Positions 58,176 to 64,000 of a DNA stretch of 64,000 nucleotides are shown here, piece by piece; within the stretch, counting starts at the first letter, position 1; the number at the start of each line of letters is the position of its first letter. The DNA comes from a bacterium (lineage in GTDB: Bacteria; Electryoneota; Electryoneia; Electryoneales; Electryoneaceae): the NCBI GenBank assembly GCA_963669175.1, contig OY769902.1, forward strand, positions 736,001-800,000, written 5' to 3'. A program made the translations under genes and the position numbers. The notes under the pieces were generated by a model. It was not told the DNA's origin. It did not search any database and worked only from the letters and a program-made list of their open reading frames with translations.

Positions 58176-61010
58176 TTGAGCCGGTTTGTTGCGATTGATT
58201 TGGAAACGACCGGGGGCGATGCCTCCACTCACCGCGCCCTCGAGCTGGGCGCGGTTCGTTTTGTTGGGGGCAAGGAGACGGAACGCTTCAGCGAACTTGT
58301 CGCTATTGAAGGGCGTGTTCCGCCGGAAATCACACGTCTGACCGGGATCACCGACGCCGATCTGGATGGCGCGTCAACCATAGAAGAACTGATGAAGCCG
58401 TACATCGACTTCATCGGGGAAGATCCGGTTGTCGGGCAGAATGTCGGCTTTGACCTCGGTTTTATCCGTGGTGAACTGGCGCGCTTGCCGATGAACCAGG
58501 CTTTTGATTGGAATTGCGGTCCGGTTCATGATACCCTGGATATCTCTCGCGCTTTCTTCCCGACTTGGCACAGCTATGCCCTGAATGCGCTGGTGGAATA
58601 CTGCGACGTGACGCTGGATGGTCACCACCGCGCGGTCAATGACGCCGAAGCGACCGGGCATGTCCTGCTGAAACTACTTGCCGCCGCCCGTAGAACCCCA
58701 TTCGGTGAACTGAATGAAATGCGGCGTCTGGTGGGCGAAGATACCAGCCTGTGGGAGGTCATCGCAGGATTGGCATCCATCGGTAATGGTTCCCTGGGCG
58801 TGGCTACGCTCGATCCCTTGCCAGACAACAGGATCGGAAAATGGCGCAAGGGAGAGGATGGCGAAGAGACCCCGGCGGAACGTCTGAAACGATCCCGCAT
58901 GACCATCGCATCTTTCTTCGCTGAAGAAGGCCCACTGTCGAAAACGATAGAAGGTTTCCAGCCACGCGCCGGACAGGTTCACATGGCGGAAGAAGTACTG
59001 GATACCTTTACCGGTGAGGGGTTTCTTTTCGCGGAAGGCGGAACCGGAACCGGGAAGAGTTTTGCCTACCTGCTTCCCGCATTGTTACACGCAGAACGTG
59101 AAGAGAAAAAGGTGGTCGTTTCCACCTATACTCGTCACCTGCAAGAACAGTTATTCTTTAAAGATTTACCCGCCCTGAACGAAGCTGTTGGCGGCGGAGT
59201 GCGTGCCGTCCTGTTAAAGGGACGGAGCAATTATATCTGTAAACGCAGGTTCGAAGCGCTTACCTCTGATCCGACCAGCCTCAGCGCGGAAGAACGGATA
59301 TCCCTGCTTCCGTTGGTACGTTGGCTGAACATCACCCGAAGCGGTGACATCGGCGAATGTACCGGATTCCGTCCGGTTCGGGGTGTATGGCAACGCATTT
59401 CGGCTGAATCCGGGTTTTGTACCGCCCGTGTCTGCCGAGGACAGGACCACTGTTTCCTGCACAGGATTCGAACCAGCGTTCTCTCGGCGCATGTGGTGCT
59501 GGTAAACCATTCCCTGTTATTCAGCGATCTCGCCGCCGATGGCGGTGTCATCGGTGACTACCAGTGTGTCGTATTCGATGAAGCTCACCATGTGGAATCG
59601 GTAGCCGCCAATCATCTTGGCCTCGAGTTCAACACCAACCAGGTTCGTGGTGTACTGGGACGTTTATACGACAAACGCAGCGAAGGCGGCCTGCTGGTAC
59701 GTCTCGGCAATACAGCCTCCGCGTTGCTGAAATCCCCGCTGGAACGCGGTGACGCCGATGATGACCCGGTGGAAGAAGCCCTTGACGCCGTTAAGGAAGC
59801 CGATCGTCTCGCGCTGGATATCAGCAAGTTGCTCTACCAGGTGTTGAGCGATGATTCCGGACTGGATGAATCGGACTATTCACGACGCGTGCGATATCGT
59901 GATGGCAGTAAACTGATTGAACCGATTCGTGAAGATATGGCCGAGTTCAGGGCTGCATTGAAAGAGGTCGACCGGAAAATAGATGATCTCGTGGAAGAAT
60001 TGGGTGATTCCGAAGCGGATCTGGTGGACGGAGATGATCTCGGCGGCGAACTGAAACGGCTGCAGGGTGAACTGAAATCCATCTGCTATTCCCTGGAGAC
60101 CCTGACCGGGCCGGAACAGGCGAATGTCGTTTTCTGGTATGATTTGCCACGCAACCCCATGTTCCCGGTGCGCCTTTACGGGGCCCCGCTGGATGTGGGC
60201 GAAGTCTTGAAAGCAACGCTGTATGAACGGGCCAAAGCTGCCGTATTCACGTCCGCTACAATGACCGTAGCCGGGAAATTCGACTATATCGCGGGACGGT
60301 TGGGGATTGACGAGTTCCGTGGCACCATCTATGAATCCCCCTTTGACTGGAATGAACAGCTCTTTATTGCGATGGCCTCGTTCCTGGGTAATCCCAAGGG
60401 GGATGTAGACCGTTTTACCAAAGGTGTAGGACGTCTGGCTTACCGTCTGTCTGTCGAACTGGACGCCGGATCGCTGGTGCTGTTCACTTCAAACAAGATG
60501 CTGCGTGAAGCCTACGATTACGCCAAGACATGGATGGAACAGGAAGACTGGCTGTTGCTGGGCCAGAACCTGGACGGCGGTCAGGCAAACTTGCTGGAAC
60601 GATTCAAACAGAACCGTCAATCAACGCTTTTCGGGTTGGACAGCTTCTGGGAAGGCGTGGATGTACCCGGCGATTCGCTTGAACTGCTGATCGTGGCGCG
60701 CCTGCCTTTCTCTGTGCCCACCGATCCGCTGGTACAGGCACGCAGCGAAAAAATTCAGCGCGAAGGCGGTAATCCCTTCATGGAATACACCCTGCCAGAA
60801 GCCGCGCTGAAACTGAGGCAGGGAATAGGACGTCTGATCCGCTCCGTCGATGATATCGGCGTCGCTGTGATCTGCGATCCACGCCTGATCACCAGCCGTT
60901 GGGGCAAAGTAATCCTCGATTCACTGCCCGTGCGTCCGGTCGAATTCCGTGAGTATGACAAGCTGTTCCAGGTGCTGGAAGGATTTTTGAATGAGCCGGA
61001 AGAGGATTAA
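58176..61010 (+). CDS. dinG: DinG-family helicase with an N-terminal DEDDh exonuclease domain
   Basis: DLETTG and HHRAVND exonuclease motifs. GTGTGKS, KGRSNYIC, DEAH, SAT, FWEGVD, QGIGRLIR. Confidence 0.92.
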   Translation: MSRFVAIDLETTGGDASTHRALELGAVRFVGGKETERFSELVAIEGRVPPEITRLTGITDADLDGASTIEELMKPYIDFIGEDPVVGQNVGFDLGFIRGELARLPMNQAFDWNCGPVHDTLDISRAFFPTWHSYALNALVEYCDVTLDGHHRAVNDAEATGHVLLKLLAAARRTPFGELNEMRRLVGEDTSLWEVIAGLASIGNGSLGVATLDPLPDNRIGKWRKGEDGEETPAERLKRSRMTIASFFAEEGPLSKTIEGFQPRAGQVHMAEEVLDTFTGEGFLFAEGGTGTGKSFAYLLPALLHAEREEKKVVVSTYTRHLQEQLFFKDLPALNEAVGGGVRAVLLKGRSNYICKRRFEALTSDPTSLSAEERISLLPLVRWLNITRSGDIGECTGFRPVRGVWQRISAESGFCTARVCRGQDHCFLHRIRTSVLSAHVVLVNHSLLFSDLAADGGVIGDYQCVVFDEAHHVESVAANHLGLEFNTNQVRGVLGRLYDKRSEGGLLVRLGNTASALLKSPLERGDADDDPVEEALDAVKEADRLALDISKLLYQVLSDDSGLDESDYSRRVRYRDGSKLIEPIREDMAEFRAALKEVDRKIDDLVEELGDSEADLVDGDDLGGELKRLQGELKSICYSLETLTGPEQANVVFWYDLPRNPMFPVRLYGAPLDVGEVLKATLYERAKAAVFTSATMTVAGKFDYIAGRLGIDEFRGTIYESPFDWNEQLFIAMASFLGNPKGDVDRFTKGVGRLAYRLSVELDAGSLVLFTSNKMLREAYDYAKTWMEQEDWLLLGQNLDGGQANLLERFKQNRQSTLFGLDSFWEGVDVPGDSLELLIVARLPFSVPTDPLVQARSEKIQREGGNPFMEYTLPEAALKLRQGIGRLIRSVDDIGVAVICDPRLITSRWGKVILDSLPVRPVEFREYDKLFQVLEGFLNEPEED

Positions 61011-61015
61011 TAGAA

Positions 61016-61052
61016 TAATTGAACTATTCGATAATATCGAATAGTTCAATTA
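61016..61052. repeat. Perfect 37-bp AT-rich palindrome (18-bp arms)
   Basis: TAATTGAACTATTCGATA-A-TATCGAATAGTTCAATTA. Confidence 0.9.
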
Positions 61053-61333
61053 GACAAGGCTTAAGCTTTTATTTATAATGGACTTGTTTAATAGGTTTTA
61101 CATAAAAATGGCAACTGTCAAGTAATCCTTGACAGTTCATTTTGGCAATGTACACCACTGATTTTGAACTATTAAGTTTTGCTTGGCCCGGTGTGCTCGC
61201 AACCGGGTAGACGCAGGTCTCACAGGATGGTGGGACAATAGGATTGGAAGGATAAAAAGAAAATTCATTTAGCATGCTTTGTTGTAGGGAGCGAAAAACT
61301 GGAGATACCACGATAGGCCATTTTCGTCCACAA

Positions 61334-61401
61334 TAACTTTATAACCTTCAAACTTTTCAACTTTGTAACTTTCAGAATCCCGACAGCAAGCAGTCGGGCC
61401 A
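61334..61401. repeat. AACTTTNN tandem array plus an AATCCCGAC...GTCGGGCCA palindrome
   Basis: Same motif combination as at 611-2170 and 40030-40126. Confidence 0.6.
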
Positions 61402-61550
61402 GGCGCCACAACTCCATATTTTTTAAATAGTGAATCCGTTTCTGTTGTATTAGGGGCTCTTAACTCTATATTATAATCAAGTCATACTGCAACTCCATTC
61501 CATGTCCCGCATCCAACAGGACGATGCAGGTAACGACCGCGGGAGTGTTT

Positions 61551-64000
61551 ATGCGTACCCTTCAGAATACCCTTTTAGCTGGGTTCATATTCCTTGGTAG
61601 TATTTTCTCTGCACAGGCCATGTATACCCTGTGGGACGCCGACAACGGTGTTCCAATCAGGCAGGCGGCCCACGCGGACTGGATGCCGGGCGGTATGGCC
61701 AGCGACGAAGATGGCAGTGTTCTCGTGGCCTGGTCGGATGCTCGTGGGGGCTCGGTGCAGATTTATGCGCAGCTTTACGGCGCTGACGGTTCCCCGGCAT
61801 GGGATGAAGACCTGCAACTCTCCGGAGACACACGCAGCGAACGTCGGCCCGTGGTTATTTATCTCGGCGATGCGGAGTGGGCGGTAGGCTGGTACGCCTA
61901 CTTTTGCGGGCTGGGTTCGTGTGGAGTTTCCGAGATTCTCCTCCAGAAAATCGACAGTCAGGGCACGATTCTTTGGGAAGAAAACGGGATCAACCTGGTT
62001 GAAGAGCTGGCTATTGAAACCGATATGCGGCTTTTCCCATCCGCTGATGGTGGTGTATTTATTACCTGGCGAAATGATTTCAGGGTGCGTGCGCAAAGGA
62101 TTTCCGACGCAGGCAATCGTGAATGGGGAGACAGCGGCGTTTTGATTAACGATAGTTGGAATCATGGATACGCCACCACGGTAAATACCTCACAAAACTC
62201 ACTGGCGCTGGCGATCAGCTATGATGTTGATAGTCGTCAGCAAGTGTTTATTCAGCAATATGACTGGAATGGTGAGCCGGTTTGGAACGGAGAATATGGG
62301 GTACCGGTTTCCTACGATGAAGATGAACAATATGAGCCGGAAATCATTTCGGATGGAGATAGTGGCTTTATCGTAGCCTGGCACTCCGATCTCACGGGTT
62401 ATCGGGGAATTTATGGCCAGCGTTTCGACAATGGAGGAGATTTCCATTGGGATGAAACGGGCTGCCTGCTTGCCTTTCGTGAAGATGTGGCTTACCAGGA
62501 TATGGATTTGATTACAACTGACAACAACATCATCCTGGGAGCGAAATGGCGTGACGAGGAGAGTACCGACTGGTTGATTCAGCTTCAGAGAATGACCGTA
62601 GACGATCTCGAGCCCATGTTGCACTGGGAAGGTGACGGTAACGAGTGGGCAGGGATTTCACTTACTGTTCACGGTGTAAACTCGCTTGAGATACGTTTGC
62701 TTGATGACGGCGAGAATGGGGTTATTGCGGGATGGTCGGGTTCGATGGAAAATGGTACAACCACCCTGGGATTTCAGCATGTGGATCAGGATGGGGAAAT
62801 CCTGTTCAACACCCCCGTCATTCATTCTCCAACCACATTTTACAATCCACTTCAGCAGGACATTCGCATTTCGGGTGATAACCTTGCCGTTGTAACCTTT
62901 GATCAGAAGCCCGGTAACGGAGCGCTACACCTGGACTGGTATAACAGCACAACGGGACAGCCTTCTGATGTTGAACCTGACACACTTGTCAGCGGGATTT
63001 ATGGCAATGCTTTTGATGCCCGTCTGTATCGTTCCGGCGAAGCCATATTCGCCGCATGGTTGGACCGTCGTGATCTGCTTGATGGTGTAATTCCTTATGT
63101 TTCACGGATAGATCCGGAAACAGGAATGAGCACCTGGGGCCGTGAGTTGCGCTTAATCAACGGAATTCGTGTTGATGACGAGGGCGACAGTCTGTTTATG
63201 GAAGCCGAATCCTTACAGGTCGCGATAGATGGTCAGGGAGGAGGGTTCGCCGTTTGGAGCGCTGTTTCAACCAATTACTTTACCCGAACCCTTTTCGCGC
63301 AACGCTTTGACGAAGATGGCTCTCTATTGTGGGGTGAAGATGGTGTGGCGGTGACTACGGCCGATCCCGACGATTATTTCCATGAATTTGTTAATCCGCG
63401 CGCTGTTGCCACAGAAGATGGTGGCGTGCTTGTTTTCTATTTGCGTTACGGTGATGACTGGTCACTTGAGCTCTATGGCCAGAAACTTGACGAAGACGGC
63501 CAACCGGCGCTGGAGAATCCGAATGGTGTCTTAATTTCCTCGACACGCAATGATCATCTGATTCAGGATGTTGTTTCTCTTTCTGATCATAGCTACCTGT
63601 TGCTCTACAATATCAATTTCGGAGCCGGCAATTCAACCTTGTATGTGCAACGGTATGACCAGAATCTGAATCCACTCTGGGATGCACCAGTTACCCTGTC
63701 AGAGCATACCTGGTCAAACCCATCCGCTAAAGCGCTTGATTTTGGTAATACTGTAATCGTGACCTGGCGAGGAAATGGCGTGGATGATATGCGTCTCTTC
63801 GCCCAGAGGATGACGCCCGATGGCGAGCTGTTATTTGATGCGCCAGAGGCGTTAACCGATATCAATGTGAACCAATTCAGGATCGTGCCGCATGGCCTCT
63901 CTTTCTGGGCAAGCTGGGAAGAGGCGGAGGATGATTATGGCATAGCTGCCATGCGGTATAATTTGCTGGCACGCCCCATGTTGACTTCTATTAACGACGT
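61551..64000 (+). CDS. Large secreted repeat protein, probable beta-propeller, 3' truncated
   Basis: Absent from the ORF track, consistent with no stop in the window. Signal peptide MRTLQNTLLAGFIFLGSIFSAQA. Repeats such as DGSVLVAWSDARGGSVQIYAQ and DGDSGFIVAW...IYGQRFD. Confidence 0.8.
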   Translation, partial: MRTLQNTLLAGFIFLGSIFSAQAMYTLWDADNGVPIRQAAHADWMPGGMASDEDGSVLVAWSDARGGSVQIYAQLYGADGSPAWDEDLQLSGDTRSERRPVVIYLGDAEWAVGWYAYFCGLGSCGVSEILLQKIDSQGTILWEENGINLVEELAIETDMRLFPSADGGVFITWRNDFRVRAQRISDAGNREWGDSGVLINDSWNHGYATTVNTSQNSLALAISYDVDSRQQVFIQQYDWNGEPVWNGEYGVPVSYDEDEQYEPEIISDGDSGFIVAWHSDLTGYRGIYGQRFDNGGDFHWDETGCLLAFREDVAYQDMDLITTDNNIILGAKWRDEESTDWLIQLQRMTVDDLEPMLHWEGDGNEWAGISLTVHGVNSLEIRLLDDGENGVIAGWSGSMENGTTTLGFQHVDQDGEILFNTPVIHSPTTFYNPLQQDIRISGDNLAVVTFDQKPGNGALHLDWYNSTTGQPSDVEPDTLVSGIYGNAFDARLYRSGEAIFAAWLDRRDLLDGVIPYVSRIDPETGMSTWGRELRLINGIRVDDEGDSLFMEAESLQVAIDGQGGGFAVWSAVSTNYFTRTLFAQRFDEDGSLLWGEDGVAVTTADPDDYFHEFVNPRAVATEDGGVLVFYLRYGDDWSLELYGQKLDEDGQPALENPNGVLISSTRNDHLIQDVVSLSDHSYLLLYNINFGAGNSTLYVQRYDQNLNPLWDAPVTLSEHTWSNPSAKALDFGNTVIVTWRGNGVDDMRLFAQRMTPDGELLFDAPEALTDINVNQFRIVPHGLSFWASWEEAEDDYGIAAMRYNLLARPMLTSIND

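Noticed and set aside
58176-61010. Type IV CRISPR-associated CasDinG
   Set aside because: It has the housekeeping exonuclease-DinG architecture, with no csf/cas genes or array nearby.

Overview
A 64-kb piece of a bacterial chromosome that contains the replication origin region. The gene content suggests a Gram-negative organism, possibly of the FCB group (inference only). It carries dnaA-dnaN-DUF721/dciA-gyrB with DnaA-box clusters, two parS sites, and rpmH-rnpA-yidD-yidC-mnmE-mnmG-rsmG, which here converges on the dnaA operon instead of diverging from it. Also present: a System II cytochrome c maturation operon, LPS and polysaccharide genes, regulators, housekeeping enzymes, an IS3 element, an IS110/IS1111 element and many REP- or MITE-like intergenic repeats. 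The most notable items are: (1) an unannotated 45-aa peptide with a lasso-type leader, followed by a nucleotidyltransferase, a PqqD/RRE protein and an HPr-kinase-like enzyme, with no lasso cyclase or peptidase, running directly into wza-wzc-wzy polysaccharide export genes where gyrA usually sits; (2) an IS110-family element whose 3' non-coding end carries four short matches to its own target and donor sites, a candidate bridge RNA, plus a circle-junction promoter; (3) an rnpA gene split at a T9 run; (4) a 471-bp MITE-like insertion inside a REP-like hairpin. No rRNA, tRNA or CRISPR array was found. All calls come from reading the sequence and motifs by eye; no database searches were run.
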